From a virus (taxonomy: Duplodnaviria; Caudoviricetes), in the IMG/VR virus record IMGVR_UViG_3300017646_000178, positions 1 to 41,450 of that record: a DNA stretch of 41,450 bases. One strand, 5' to 3'. This document shows positions 1-8,546 of this stretch, one piece after another (the stretch's first letter is position 1; the number at the start of each line of letters is the position of its first letter). Position numbers and translations under genes: made by a program. The notes below the pieces were generated by a model, which saw only the letters and a program-made list of their open reading frames with translations, did no database searches and was not told the DNA's origin.

Positions 1-1113
1 TCAGCCGATGGCCCTCCTCACATCGTCGAACGATCGGCGCAGCGGATGGCTGTAGTAGCCGATCATGGTTAGTACGTTGTGGCCGGTGATCTCGGCCAGG
101 TCCTCGTCGTTGATCCCGGCCGCCCGCATGTGCGTCACGAACGAATGCCGGAAGTCGTGCGGGGTCGGTGAGAGGCCCGTGGCCTCACTGGCCGGCCCCC
201 AGACGTCGCGGATGAAGTTTCGGTACCGCCAGAGCTTGCCCCTCGGGGTCGTGAACATCAGCCCGTCCCCCCGCTCCTGCGCACGCTCGGCCAGCCGCTT
301 AGCCAGCGAGTCGTGTACCGGCACCTGCCGGGTGAACGTTCGCTCGTCGCGCTTGCCCTTGAGGCCCCGGGATATCTGGCCCTCGTAGGCGGTCTGCTCT
401 ATCGAAAGCTCCTTGCGCTTCGGGTCGAAGGCGGCGACCTCAAGCGGCAATGCCTCCCCGATCCGAAGACCACAGTCCGACAGGATCAGCACGAGAAGCT
501 CGGAATCCTTCGGAGCCGCCGCGGCAAACCGGTGCATCTCCTCCCAGCTGAACACCTGCGGCTTTCGGGCCGGCTTCTTGATCCTCTTGTCGTCGGCCTT
601 GATCTTGATCTTCGTGAACCCGTTGTGGTTGGCGACCTCGTCGGTGATCGCGTCCTCGGCCATCGCGGAAAGCACCCGGATCACTCCGAGCGCCCCCTTC
701 CGGGCCCGTTTCTGTTTCGTGAGGAGCAGCCCGACCAGGCCAAGCGCCTGCTTGCGACGGAACGCCCCGATCGGCCAGTCCTCGAGCGGCCGTCCTTCGA
801 CCTGGACTTTCCTGACCGCGTTGAACTTGGTCACATACGACTTCTCGGTTCGCAGTGCCCGCGGGTGCCGGTCAAGCCAGCCATCGCCCTTGCCGGTCCC
901 GTCGAAGTACGCACCGAATGTCGATGCCTGTTCGGCCAGTCCGTAGGCTTCGTCGATCGCGGCCTGCGCGTCCATCTTCCGGTCGAAGGTGCCCTTGCCG
1001 CGGTTCCACGTCGGCTTGGCGAGCTCCCGCCTGCCCGTGACCGGGTTGGTGTAGCGGGCAAGCCACCGGACCTTGCCATTCACCACCCGCTTGGTAGGGG
1101 TTTCCCTTCTCAC
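1..1113 (-). CDS. int: Tyrosine integrase
   Basis: GLRIGEAL (catalytic Arg), HDFRHS, GH-(x)-YY motifs; N-terminal arm-binding region (WLARY...FDRKMDA). Confidence 0.95.
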   Translation of the reverse strand: MRRETPTKRVVNGKVRWLARYTNPVTGRRELAKPTWNRGKGTFDRKMDAQAAIDEAYGLAEQASTFGAYFDGTGKGDGWLDRHPRALRTEKSYVTKFNAVRKVQVEGRPLEDWPIGAFRRKQALGLVGLLLTKQKRARKGALGVIRVLSAMAEDAITDEVANHNGFTKIKIKADDKRIKKPARKPQVFSWEEMHRFAAAAPKDSELLVLILSDCGLRIGEALPLEVAAFDPKRKELSIEQTAYEGQISRGLKGKRDERTFTRQVPVHDSLAKRLAERAQERGDGLMFTTPRGKLWRYRNFIRDVWGPASEATGLSPTPHDFRHSFVTHMRAAGINDEDLAEITGHNVLTMIGYYSHPLRRSFDDVRRAIG

Positions 1114-1307
1114 GCCGCCTTCCTCGGTTGGACAACCAGCGAGTCTCGGAACGCCTCGAGGTCAGCGGGCCGGATCCGCAGGCCGCCGGCGAGCCGGTAC
1201 GCCTTCAGGTCGCCGCGGAGGATGTAGTTGTGGACGGTGCGCGGTGTGACTTTGAGGATTTTCGCGACCTCTTCTTTGGTGAGGTCCGGTTCGAGGTTCA
1301 CGCTCAC
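1110..1307 (-). CDS. xis: Excisionase-like HTH protein
   Basis: LTKEEVAKILKVTPRTVHNYILRGDLKAYRLAGGLRIRPADLEAF is a typical HTH_17/excisionase pattern; GTGA-coupled to int. Confidence 0.85.
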   Translation of the reverse strand: MSVNLEPDLTKEEVAKILKVTPRTVHNYILRGDLKAYRLAGGLRIRPADLEAFRDSLVVQPRKAA

Positions 1308-2167
1308 TCCCCCGTCCCCTCCTCGTTTACCTGTTCACCGGCAGCCCGGCCCCCGTCACCGAGCAGCGACAGGGGGCCATGGGCCTCGATCCCGGGTGAA
1401 AGCCAGACCGCTTCCGGGGCGAACGGCAACGTCCCGCCTTCCCGGGCTTGAACGGTGCGCCGCCTCCGAAGATCACGCCGGGTCCATCCGGCATCTTCCA
1501 GCCGGACGGATTCCTCGCAGGGGTAGCCGGACAGAACCACGGCGGCGTTCTCGACCGTGAGCAGCTGATCGACCAGACGGGTCCAAATATCCGGGTCGTC
1601 GTGCCGATACCCCTTGTGCGGCTGGGTGCGCGACGGGCCCGCGTAGGGCGGGTCGCAGTAGATCAGGCAGTCCTCAACATCCCATCGGGCGATCACGTCA
1701 ATGGCGTCGGTGGATTCCAGTGCGACACCTTGAAGCCGGGTCGCGGCCGCAAGGATCTTCGGCGGAAGATTCCTCCAGGTTCCCGGCTGCCACCGGCCCC
1801 GGCCACAGGGCACGGACCATGATTCGCGGGACCGGGAGAATGACTGGTCGATCCGGGCCAGGAACCGCCTCGCGGCCTCGACATCATCCTCGGCGGGCTG
1901 GTCACTTGCTTTCCATTCGGCGCGGCTGTACGGGGTTGTGGCCACCGCCTCGGCCAGTTCCTCCGGGCGTTCACGAATCACTTTCCAGAACCGCATTACG
2001 TCGCCGTCAAGATCGTTCAGGGTTTCGCGCTCAGCGGGTTCCTTCGCGAAGAGGACAGCGGCACCCCCGGCGAACGGCTCAACGTAGATTCGGTGGGCCG
2101 GGAACAGCTGGACGATCTGCTCGGCCATGCCTTGCTTCCCGCCGTAGTAGGTGAGCGGGGTTCTCAC
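1304..2167 (-). CDS. DNA adenine methyltransferase (Dam/D12 class)
   Basis: YYGGK, YVEPFAGGAAV (motif I), LNDLD, YCDPPY (motif IV). Confidence 0.92.
   Translation of the reverse strand: MRTPLTYYGGKQGMAEQIVQLFPAHRIYVEPFAGGAAVLFAKEPAERETLNDLDGDVMRFWKVIRERPEELAEAVATTPYSRAEWKASDQPAEDDVEAARRFLARIDQSFSRSRESWSVPCGRGRWQPGTWRNLPPKILAAATRLQGVALESTDAIDVIARWDVEDCLIYCDPPYAGPSRTQPHKGYRHDDPDIWTRLVDQLLTVENAAVVLSGYPCEESVRLEDAGWTRRDLRRRRTVQAREGGTLPFAPEAVWLSPGIEAHGPLSLLGDGGRAAGEQVNEEGTGE
1316..1345. repeat. Junction repeat A, copy 1 (30 bp)
   Basis: CCCCTCCTCGTTTACCTGTTCACCGGCAGC, identical at 2173-2202 and 2631-2660. Confidence 0.95.
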
Positions 2168-2625
2168 TTCTGCCCCTCCTCGTTTACCTGTTCACCGGCA
2201 GCCGGCCCATTTGAGGGAGCGCTAAACGCGCTCTGGCGTGCCGGAGCATCCACCGGACCATTACGCGGGTCCAGAAGATCCATCTGCCCTTTCGGTGGCC
2301 GTGGCCCACGCTTCGGCCTGTCGTCCGGCTCATCGAAGCCACGCCGTTCCGGGCAAGTCGCACTCTCGGTGTAGGTCGACCCCTCAACCAGGGTGCCGTT
2401 TGGACCTGGCTGCAAGAACCCGGCCCGGAGTCCCATAGCTGCGTCTAGATGCTGGCCTATGCCAGAGATCGAAAGAGCGAACTCGATCTCACATGCCGGT
2501 GGGCACCTGTCGGCTTCCGGCTTGTATTTTCGGCAGCCTTCGCAGTTCCTTCCAAGCCATATTTCGTACTGGGTGTGGTTCGAGAAGGGCCGGTACTCAT
2601 CTTCGGGCTTGTAGACCTGGCTCAC
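2164..2625 (-). CDS. Hypothetical Cys-rich phage protein
   Basis: GTGA-coupled ORF; NCEGC...CPPAC motifs. Confidence 0.7.
   Translation of the reverse strand: MSQVYKPEDEYRPFSNHTQYEIWLGRNCEGCRKYKPEADRCPPACEIEFALSISGIGQHLDAAMGLRAGFLQPGPNGTLVEGSTYTESATCPERRGFDEPDDRPKRGPRPPKGQMDLLDPRNGPVDAPARQSAFSAPSNGPAAGEQVNEEGQK
2173..2202. repeat. Junction repeat A, copy 2
   Basis: Exact 30-bp match to 1316-1345. Confidence 0.95.
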
Positions 2626-3560
2626 CGTTCCCCCTCCTCGTTTACCTGTTCACCGGCAGCGCGGCCCCCGTCACCCTCAACAGGAGAGACAGCGGCGACG
2701 GGGGCCTCTGGGTTAGGGGCTCCGGCATTCGCCTCCGCCTGGGTTTGGTCTTCGGCGGGAGCAACCTCGCCGTCATACCGAAAGCCAGCCAGCTTGATCG
2801 GGCCTTCGAGAATCGGGTATTCGAGTTCGCCCTCCCCCGTCGCCCGGAAAGCCGAACCGGCACCCAGCGCCCACTCGCCCTTCTTCGGCACCCGTCGCTC
2901 GCCGGTCTCCAAGAAGAACCAGTAATCACCGTCACGCCAATGACGATGAACCTTCGGCAAGTGCGGGTTCGCCCACTTGAACGCCGCAGCCAGCGCGTCT
3001 TCCAGAATCGACTGGTCGTCTTCGTCCAGGTCGATGTAGCCGAGAAAGGTCCGGGCCGCAACGGAAAGCCACTCGTCCGTCGTTTCGTTCCGGGACCCAC
3101 CCTGGCCGGTCGTGACCGCAGAGGCGAAGCCTCCCTCAACCCAATTCAGAACCGCATCGAGCGCCGCCACCCATCCGTTCCGGAAGCGGTAATCGGCATA
3201 CGGCCCAATCGTGGTCTTGAGGCTCCGCACGGTCGTTACCAGTTCGCTACGCCCCGCTTCTATTCGGGGATCAACAGGGGCGGATGCCGCCTCAAGGATC
3301 GCCGGAAGGTCGGCGCAATCGGCGTAGTGGGCGTTCTTTCCGTCCGGTTGGGGGTGGCCGCAGGTCGGGCACCTTTCGGGGGCAGGGGAAGGAGTAGGCC
3401 GGTCAGGGGGGGCAGCGTCGAATTTGCCGTGCTTATGGCACTCGCCTTTCATACCCATCCCGCACCGAAATGAGTAAGGGCCATCCCAGTCCTGTACCGG
3501 GCAGCCAGCTTTCCCGTCCTCGACGGCCAGCCAAGCCCGTTCCTCGCTCTCAGCGCACAT
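2622..3560 (-). CDS. Hypothetical mosaic phage protein with Cys/His clusters
   Basis: 312-aa ORF in the coupled chain; CxxxxxxxCxxHG and CPTCGH...H...C clusters. Confidence 0.65.
   Translation of the reverse strand: MCAESEERAWLAVEDGKAGCPVQDWDGPYSFRCGMGMKGECHKHGKFDAAPPDRPTPSPAPERCPTCGHPQPDGKNAHYADCADLPAILEAASAPVDPRIEAGRSELVTTVRSLKTTIGPYADYRFRNGWVAALDAVLNWVEGGFASAVTTGQGGSRNETTDEWLSVAARTFLGYIDLDEDDQSILEDALAAAFKWANPHLPKVHRHWRDGDYWFFLETGERRVPKKGEWALGAGSAFRATGEGELEYPILEGPIKLAGFRYDGEVAPAEDQTQAEANAGAPNPEAPVAAVSPVEGDGGRAAGEQVNEEGER
2631..2660. repeat. Junction repeat A, copy 3
   Basis: Exact 30-bp match; identity with copy 1 extends to 45 bp with one mismatch (to 2675). Confidence 0.95.
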
Positions 3561-3741
3561 AAGAAATTCCTTCGTTCTTGATGGCCGCGATGAACGCCCC
3601 GGTCGATTCCAGCCGCATCGTGTAGCCGCAGCACACGGGCCAGCCGGCCTTCAACGCCTTCCGGTGGCCGGGCCGGGCCTCACGACCGCACACCGTGCAG
3701 CGAACCCGCATCCTCGGGACAGCTTCCCGTTCCTCGCTCAC
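3550..3741 (-). CDS. Small zinc-ribbon-like protein
   Basis: CTVCG...WPVCCGYTM; overlap-coupled. Confidence 0.65.
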   Translation of the reverse strand: MSEEREAVPRMRVRCTVCGREARPGHRKALKAGWPVCCGYTMRLESTGAFIAAIKNEGISYVR

Positions 3742-3929
3742 TTGTTTTCCTTCCTGTCAGCAGACCGGGCCTGGCGAAACGAGGCCGTGTTGATCGGACC
3801 ATCGAGCGGTTTGGCGGGCACGATTGCCTTTCGCTGTTCCTCTGAAAGCTCGGGCAGGTTCCCGTCTGGGTACATGCGGAGGATCTGATCTCTCACGCCC
3901 CTCGGCAGGTGGTCTAGCTTGCCGCTCAT
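3738..3929 (-). CDS. Small hypothetical protein
   Basis: ATGA/GTGA-coupled with RBS; ends ADRKENK. Confidence 0.65.
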   Translation of the reverse strand: MSGKLDHLPRGVRDQILRMYPDGNLPELSEEQRKAIVPAKPLDGPINTASFRQARSADRKENK

Positions 3930-4152
3930 TCGTTTTCCTTCCTGTCAGCAGCCCGGGCCGCACGAATCTTCTCGTCGTGAACCTGCCACGCCATGCCATC
4001 CAGCCGACCGCATTGACGGGCGAACGCCTGTAGCTCGATCGGTTCCAGCTTTTCCAGTTCTGCTCGGGCGTCGTCGTAGCGTTCTTCGATCACCGCCGAC
4101 AGCGCCAGTCCTTCGATGCTCTCGCTCATTCGTTCTCCCCCTTCCTGTCAGC
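3744..4152. repeat. Junction repeat B (3744-3763, 3932-3951, partial 4140-4152)
   Basis: GTTTTCCTTCCTGTCAGCAG occurs twice exactly; CCTTCCTGTCAGC core occurs a third time. Confidence 0.9.
3926..4129 (-). CDS. Small hypothetical protein
   Basis: ATGA-coupled; ends ADRKENE. Confidence 0.7.
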   Translation of the reverse strand: MSESIEGLALSAVIEERYDDARAELEKLEPIELQAFARQCGRLDGMAWQVHDEKIRAARAADRKENE

Positions 4153-4317
4153 GGGTTGAAGCTCGTCTGGGTCAACCTCGATTGTGTCCCGCTGATCCCA
4201 TCCCGGAATCGGCCATGACACGCGCACGAAGCCGTCGTGCGTGAAGCCCTCCACGATCCCAACGTCACCCTCCGAGTCCGGTGTTGTCACGCGGTCGCCG
4301 CGCTTCCATTCGCTCAT
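4126..4317 (-). CDS. Small SH3/KOW-like protein
   Basis: WKRGDRV...GIVEG...VRVSW beta pattern; ends ADRKGENE. Confidence 0.65.
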   Translation of the reverse strand: MSEWKRGDRVTTPDSEGDVGIVEGFTHDGFVRVSWPIPGWDQRDTIEVDPDELQPADRKGENE

Positions 4318-4404
4318 TCGCTTCCCTCCTTGCCTACACGGGCCAGGGCAGCGGGGCCGGGGTTGGTTGAGGAGCCGCTGACGGAGGAGGCGGCATCACC
4401 CATT

Positions 4405-4710
4405 TTAGGCCTCCAGCGCCTCGTTGTTCGCCAGGATCTCGGCACCGAGACGATCCGCGAAATCACCCAGCGATTCGGCCTCAGCCTCGGAAAGCTCCTC
4501 ACCCTTCGCGGCCCGGACCATGATCGGCTGAAGGTCCGCGCAGCCCGGAGGCATCAGGGTCAGCAGCATCAGCGCCCGAAAGTCATCGGACACATCGTGC
4601 TTCGTTTGCGCCCGGACGACCCCGTCTTTCTCGGTGTACCGGGTGATCACCTCGACACGGCCTGAGATCGGTCCGCGCCGAAGCAGAATCGGATTCTTGC
4701 GCTCACTCAT
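4405..4710 (-). CDS. Hypothetical protein
   Basis: Start reassigned to MSERKNP (ATGAGTGA overlap, GGAG RBS). Confidence 0.65.
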   Translation of the reverse strand: MSERKNPILLRRGPISGRVEVITRYTEKDGVVRAQTKHDVSDDFRALMLLTLMPPGCADLQPIMVRAAKGEELSEAEAESLGDFADRLGAEILANNEALEA

Positions 4711-4939
4711 GGTTCTCTCCGTTTCCTGACTTGGACTCAGAGTCGGGCATGGGGATTCGGACAAGGATGCGCTCGGGTCCCTCGTAGTCGTAGAACTCCG
4801 ACTCGCCCTTGACCCGCGAGTAGATGTCTACGAATCCGTCGGGTGTTTCAGGACCCTCGGTCTGGAGTCGCCGTGATCGCGGCTTCGGGACCTCCTCGCC
4901 GTCATAGGGTCCGCCTCGCAGCTTCACTGTGGCGCTCAT
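4703..4939 (-). CDS. Hypothetical protein
   Basis: LRGGPYDG motif common in small actinophage proteins; coupled on both sides. Confidence 0.65.
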   Translation of the reverse strand: MSATVKLRGGPYDGEEVPKPRSRRLQTEGPETPDGFVDIYSRVKGESEFYDYEGPERILVRIPMPDSESKSGNGENHE

Positions 4940-5223
4940 CGGTTCTCCCCTTCCTCACCGCTAGGGGATACGAGCCGGTAGCCCGGAATGCGCCCGTTGC
5001 GCAGCCGAACCCGCGTAGGCCGAGCCGACGCCTTGCCCTCCGTCAGTAGCCAAGCGAACGACTCGTTCACCTCCGTCACGACCCGGCGTTGACGGTTACC
5101 TCGCAGCACGTCGCCGGTGTGGGTGGACGAGTAGACCTGACCCACCTCGACAGCGGGGGCGGGAGCGGGTTTTGAGGGCGGGCTAGACGCCCCCTGGTTT
5201 TGGCTGGTGGTGGACTCAGACAT
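4936..5223 (-). CDS. Hypothetical protein
   Basis: Start MSESTT at an ATGTCTGA overlap. Confidence 0.6.
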   Translation of the reverse strand: MSESTTSQNQGASSPPSKPAPAPAVEVGQVYSSTHTGDVLRGNRQRRVVTEVNESFAWLLTEGKASARPTRVRLRNGRIPGYRLVSPSGEEGENR

Positions 5224-5812
5224 CCGAGTCACCCGCCTCAATCATTCGGTCCAGAAGCTCAAACGCGGACGCTTGAAGTTCAACCTTCGTTGGTTCGAGC
5301 TTCTTTTTGGCAGCGTCCCCGGCAGCGGCCCAGGCAGCGTCCCCGGCAACGGCCCCGGCAACGGCCCCGGCCTTCTTCGCCTCGGTCAAGGCTGGCATCG
5401 AGTCCTTCACCGCCGTGAGATCCATCAGCGGCGGCAACTCCCTAAGCGCCGCTGCTTCCTCCGTCACCCCGGCCAACTCCAACCACGCCGGAGTGAACAC
5501 CCTGACCTGCCAATCCCCCGCCATGAAAGACCGACGCTCCTCAACCTCCTGCGACGCAGCCGTACCAACCAGCTTCGGGATGTACGGCTTCAACCGCTGC
5601 CTTCCCTCCTGGTCCAGCGAGTCGTTCCACGACCGCATGAACGCGGCGATAACCGGAGAAGCACAAGCCGGACTATCTGACCACTCCTCCCCGGCCACAT
5701 ACGCGACGGCTTCCATGACGCACATCTGGCCCTCCGAGTTCGGCTCATGGGCGCCCGAAAGCAACTCGAACCCGCTCACTTCTTCCAGCCGATCCTTTAG
5801 TACCTCAGCCAT
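5216..5812 (-). CDS. Phage protein with Ala-rich AxAGDAAW repeats
   Basis: GAH...CVMEAVAYVAGE.WSD.P.C.SPV...WND motif; 12-bp tandem repeats at ~5330-5371. Confidence 0.75.
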   Translation of the reverse strand: MAEVLKDRLEEVSGFELLSGAHEPNSEGQMCVMEAVAYVAGEEWSDSPACASPVIAAFMRSWNDSLDQEGRQRLKPYIPKLVGTAASQEVEERRSFMAGDWQVRVFTPAWLELAGVTEEAAALRELPPLMDLTAVKDSMPALTEAKKAGAVAGAVAGDAAWAAAGDAAKKKLEPTKVELQASAFELLDRMIEAGDSDV

Positions 5813-5853
5813 GCTTCACGCTCTCCTCTCCAGCCGGAAACACCGAAGCTCGC

Positions 5854-6033
5854 TCATTCGGTCAACTCCCAGCTCTCCGATCCACAATCCGGACACGCAT
5901 CGCTGTCGCAATCCGGAATCCCAGACCCGGCCAGAACCTCAACCAGAAACCGCTTGCCGCACTCGTCACACTCAGCCTCGGCCCGACGATGCCGCCGCTC
6001 GTACCGCTCCTCGTCACACGAATAAACCCTCAC
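5854..6033 (-). CDS. 59-aa zinc-ribbon protein (absent from ORF track)
   Basis: Manual translation MRVYSCDEE...CDECGKRF...CPDCGSESWELTE; GTGA/ATGA overlaps on both sides. Confidence 0.7.
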   Translation of the reverse strand: MRVYSCDEERYERRHRRAEAECDECGKRFLVEVLAGSGIPDCDSDACPDCGSESWELTE

Positions 6034-6911
6034 GCCGGCACCACCTCCTCCCGCGCATGCTCCGCAACCTGCCGCGCCTTCTGACTAGCCCGAACGATCC
6101 GGCCCGCCTCCCGGTAATTCCTGACCGCGATCTCGAAACCCTCCGGGGTGCCCTGAGCCCGCATCAGCCGATACGTGCCATCGTCGAACACCTGCAAGAT
6201 CAGCCCCCAGGACACCTCACCGAACCCGGACTCGGCCAACAACAACGGATACCCGCCCCCCACCTGGGTATGAGCGGCCGCGCTGATGAACCCGCCCGTT
6301 TTCAGGTCGATCACGCCCTCCCCCACCACATCTTCGTCGTGGCAGGCGCACCCCGGATCCTCACAGGTCATTCCCAAGCCGGCGAGTAGGTCCAGTCGCC
6401 CAGCAACGCCAAGCCGCTCCGAATAGACCACCTGCTCGACCAGATGAACGTCCGGGGCGTGGTCATGCCAGAACGCCTGAACTGCCTCAGCCTTGCCACG
6501 CTCCGCATCACCCATCCCCGACGTGTCCGGGGCCGGCTTGCCAGCAGCCAGGGCCTCCATCGCCTGAACATGAACCCGGGTGCCCTCCGACGCTGCCCGA
6601 TCCCGAACGTCGTCGTAGGTGAGCTGGCGACGCTCGAGTTCCTTCCAGCACAGGTCCGGATCCCGCATCAGGTCGACCGCCTGATCGCCCAGCTGGTCGA
6701 TCAGCGTCGCCGCTCCCAGCAGCTGGGTGCGGGCGGCCCACTTGAGCAGATTCGTCGGGTCGATGTCGAGGCTCTTGCAGGCCGTGGTCACACCGGTCAG
6801 ACGACGCCCCCGCTTGCCGGTCGCTTCGTTGAACCTCCAGTACGAGTGGTCGTCGTCGACGTAGATCACCGAGCTGCCGTTCGGCAGGAAGATCCGTTCG
6901 TAGTCACTCAC
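6030..6911 (-). CDS. PD-(D/E)XK exonuclease (RecE-like partner of RecT)
   Basis: LTGVTT, GTRVH, VEQVVY..VAGRLD, IDLKTG, Q..Y motifs; adjacent to the annealase. Confidence 0.8.
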   Translation of the reverse strand: MSDYERIFLPNGSSVIYVDDDHSYWRFNEATGKRGRRLTGVTTACKSLDIDPTNLLKWAARTQLLGAATLIDQLGDQAVDLMRDPDLCWKELERRQLTYDDVRDRAASEGTRVHVQAMEALAAGKPAPDTSGMGDAERGKAEAVQAFWHDHAPDVHLVEQVVYSERLGVAGRLDLLAGLGMTCEDPGCACHDEDVVGEGVIDLKTGGFISAAAHTQVGGGYPLLLAESGFGEVSWGLILQVFDDGTYRLMRAQGTPEGFEIAVRNYREAGRIVRASQKARQVAEHAREEVVPA

Positions 6912-7806
6912 CGGAACCACCCCCGCTGCCGCTTCCGTTCTCGGCCTCGGCCTTCCGAGCGATCCACTTCTCGAGCCGGTCTGCCTGTTCCTCGGTCATT
7001 TCGGCCAGCACCGGCACCGCGGCCTTCTTCGTTGACAAATCCCCGACCGTTTCGCGCTGGGACGCATACGCGACCGCCTGGGCGAGACTGTCCGGGTCGA
7101 TCGAAGTGACCTGACGGGCCGTGTCGTAGATCGCGCCGGCACGGGTTTTCGTGATCGTGTCCCGCACCGGCCCCGGTTCCGTGCCTTCGTCAACGACCTC
7201 GCCGACGACCACCTCCGGCTCATCCGTCGTCACGGGCTCCTGATCGGGGATCCGAACCGCCTCACCCTCTTCGTTCACCTCGGCACCCATTTCCTCGGGC
7301 ACATATGCCGGGGCGCCCGAGAGTACGTCCGGGCAATACCAGCGCACCCCCTGCGACAGAGAACGAGCGAACAGCATCGCTTTCGGGTACTTCTGCCAGT
7401 TCTGGCCCTTCAACAGGCCGGCCCTTTGCGCGTCCTCAATCGAGAACTCGCTAACCCCGATCGACTCGCCGTTCTGGAGAAACTCCAGCTCGACCCGTTC
7501 GTTCGAAATCTCCCGCGGCAGGTAGGTGTACGTGCCCGACGCCTTGACCTTCGCGGCCATGAGGTTCGAGGAAAGCGTGACTTTCCCCTGAATGACGTTG
7601 ATACCCATCATCGCCGCCATCGGGCCGATACCGAGCTCACGGCCGGCCATGATCTTGACGAACGCCTGAGCTTCCGATTCCAGGTCCGGGAACATCCCGG
7701 ACGTCTTGAACGCCCTCGCGACGGCGGCCGGATCGGTTCCGGCGAAAACGTCGAGTTCCGTGCCGGACCGGGCCTTGCTGAGCGTGACCCCGTTGCCCGT
7801 GCTCAT
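6904..7806 (-). CDS. RecT-like ssDNA annealing protein
   Basis: GRELGIGPM...INVIQGK...DAQRAGL...NWQKYPKAML.AR...PDVL.G..Y.PEE. Confidence 0.8.
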   Translation of the reverse strand: MSTGNGVTLSKARSGTELDVFAGTDPAAVARAFKTSGMFPDLESEAQAFVKIMAGRELGIGPMAAMMGINVIQGKVTLSSNLMAAKVKASGTYTYLPREISNERVELEFLQNGESIGVSEFSIEDAQRAGLLKGQNWQKYPKAMLFARSLSQGVRWYCPDVLSGAPAYVPEEMGAEVNEEGEAVRIPDQEPVTTDEPEVVVGEVVDEGTEPGPVRDTITKTRAGAIYDTARQVTSIDPDSLAQAVAYASQRETVGDLSTKKAAVPVLAEMTEEQADRLEKWIARKAEAENGSGSGGGSGE

Positions 7807-8057
7807 TCGGTCACCTCCAGCAGCGCAGCCTGGGCGTCCAACACCGCGGCCCGGGCAACCTCGAGGTGATACTCGACCCGCTTCGGCATGTCGTAGCTGA
7901 TCGCGAGGTTCACCCCGTCGACCGCGTCCTCGATCGCGGCTTTGTGCATCAACGACCGGTCCTGCTCGGGCAGCCTGGGTTGGACCGTGATCGGTTCCAA
8001 CGTCGGGATCTCCGGTAGCGGTCCGTCCGTCGAGTCGGGTTTACTTGAACGTGGCAT
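7803..8057 (-). CDS. Hypothetical protein
   Basis: RBS (AAGGAG) and overlap coupling. Confidence 0.6.
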   Translation of the reverse strand: MPRSSKPDSTDGPLPEIPTLEPITVQPRLPEQDRSLMHKAAIEDAVDGVNLAISYDMPKRVEYHLEVARAAVLDAQAALLEVTE

Positions 8058-8370
8058 AGGAACTCAGCTCCTTTGTCCGTGAGGCCGGTCGTGGTAGCGA
8101 CGCGGCCTCGTTCTTTTCAGGGTCAGCACCGGTCGCGAGATAGATCGCGAACCGGTTGCGGGTACGGCGGATAAAGCTCTCGGCCAGAAAGTCCGCGACA
8201 GGCTCCCGGTAGTCCTCGCCGGTGAGGGCAAGCTCGTCCTTCGGGATACGCCGATCCGGACGTGGCTGTTCCTCGACCGGGGCGTCCAGGCGCCGGTCCG
8301 CAAGCCACGCCAAACCGGCCAGGACACCGCCGATCAGCACGACCATCACTCCGAAGTCGAACCAGGTCAC
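8041..8370 (-). CDS. Small membrane protein
   Basis: N-terminal hydrophobic helix FGVMVVLIGGVLAGLAWL. Confidence 0.65.
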   Translation of the reverse strand: MTWFDFGVMVVLIGGVLAGLAWLADRRLDAPVEEQPRPDRRIPKDELALTGEDYREPVADFLAESFIRRTRNRFAIYLATGADPEKNEAASLPRPASRTKELSSYATFK

Positions 8371-8546
8371 TTCCTGCCCCCTCTCTGTTGTGCACGGATG
8401 CGCCGGCCAGCCTTCACCGCGGCCGTGGCCTTCCGGCCCCCACGAACACCCTTGAACGCAGACTTGATCCGTGTCTCGTGTTCGATGTCCTCAACCAGCT
8501 TCTGGACCGAACGTCCGGACGGCTGATTCAGATTCGGCGGCCTCAT
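8367..8546 (-). CDS. 59-aa basic protein
   Basis: MRPPNLNQ...RGGRK; ATGA and GTGA overlaps on both sides. Confidence 0.55.
   Translation of the reverse strand: MRPPNLNQPSGRSVQKLVEDIEHETRIKSAFKGVRGGRKATAAVKAGRRIRAQQRGGRK

Noticed and set aside
6030-6911. Cas4/CRISPR-associated nuclease
   Set aside because: Its position beside RecT indicates a recombination exonuclease, and the four-Cys Fe-S pattern of Cas4 is not evident.
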